Positions 63,329 to 64,000 of a DNA stretch of 64,000 nucleotides are shown one piece after another (the first letter of the stretch is position 1; every line of letters starts with the position of its first letter). The translations under genes were made by a program, and so were the position numbers. The notes below the pieces were generated by a model. The model saw nothing but the letters and a program-made list of their open reading frames with translations. It did no database searches and was not told the DNA's origin. The DNA is from Octopus vulgaris (Eukaryota), in the NCBI GenBank assembly GCA_951406725.2, contig OX597828.1, forward strand, positions 66,464,001 through 66,528,000. The letters are read 5' to 3'.

Positions 63329-63542
63329 GGGGTGTTGAAAACTTCCTGGCTTTGGCTAAAAGAAAATAGAGGAGGATCAGTTAATTATGACTTTTATTCA
63401 ACATATTCTCCTCTCAGATTCACACACTTATTGCCATGGTCCTTCAGTTTTTGTAAACCCTGTAAAAGAACTCGGAATGTTGGGCCTCCAACCAGGCCTT
63501 ACACGATACCCTTAAAGTCAGGAACTTTTCAGTACCCCCTTG
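63326..63542. mobile_element. Mariner-derived MITE (internal deletion derivative)
   Basis: TA-flanked ~28-bp TIRs GAGGGGGTGTTGAAAACTTCCTGGCTTT / AAAGTCAGGAACTTTTCAGTACCCCCTTG. Minus strand retains the transposase C-terminus QGLQKLKDHGNKCVNLRGEYVE*. Confidence 0.88.
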
Positions 63543-64000
63543 TATGTGTATGAGCGTGCCAGCCCAGTCAAACCATCCAACCCATGCCAGCAAGGACAAC
63601 GGACGTTAAATTATGATGATGATGATGGTAATGAGGATACATATCTCAAAGAGCTGTCACTAATCCATGGCACTGTGACCCAGGTCTTCCAACTTCGTTT
63701 TAACCAGACAGCTATACTTGTAGCATTAAAGACAATGTGTGTGTGTGTATATATGTGTGTATATATATTTAGACATCATGTGATGGTTGTAAATGAGTGT
63801 CATAGTCATACTGGTTATGTTGTCCATTTCCAGTCTTCTGTTGAAAAGATGTCTAGGTATGGAGGGAAATATTACTTCGCTTGGAAACAGGTCAGGGTTG
63901 GTGGCAGATGGGGTATCTGTCCTTAGAAAATCTAATCTGTCTTAGCAAATTCCATCTGACTTATGGAAGCATGGAAAAGGAGATGTTAAATGATGATATG

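Overview
AT-rich, microsatellite- and repeat-dense animal genomic DNA. The SINE/MITE repertoire suggests an octopus (coleoid cephalopod); this is an inference. Almost all ORFs in the supplied track are artefacts of microsatellites or repeats. One real protein-coding gene spans the window on the + strand: a KHDC4 (KIAA0907/BLOM7) orthologue, a two-KH-domain splicing factor. Nine internal exons (15950..56999, 926 nt) splice in one phase-consistent frame, provided one intron uses a GC donor. The start exon and the long C-terminal exons were not identified. Around the last recognised exon there is a candidate frameshifting upstream acceptor and a candidate short alternative terminal exon. The introns contain tRNA-derived SINEs, RTE-clade LINE fragments, piggyBac-, hAT-, mariner- and Merlin-like MITEs, decayed Tc1/mariner transposases and Penelope-type hammerhead remnants. 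They also contain two TSD-flanked, hairpin-rich, tRNA-less RTE-type elements and several fold-back structures that could be ADAR substrates. I found no convincing evidence of a new multi-gene system.
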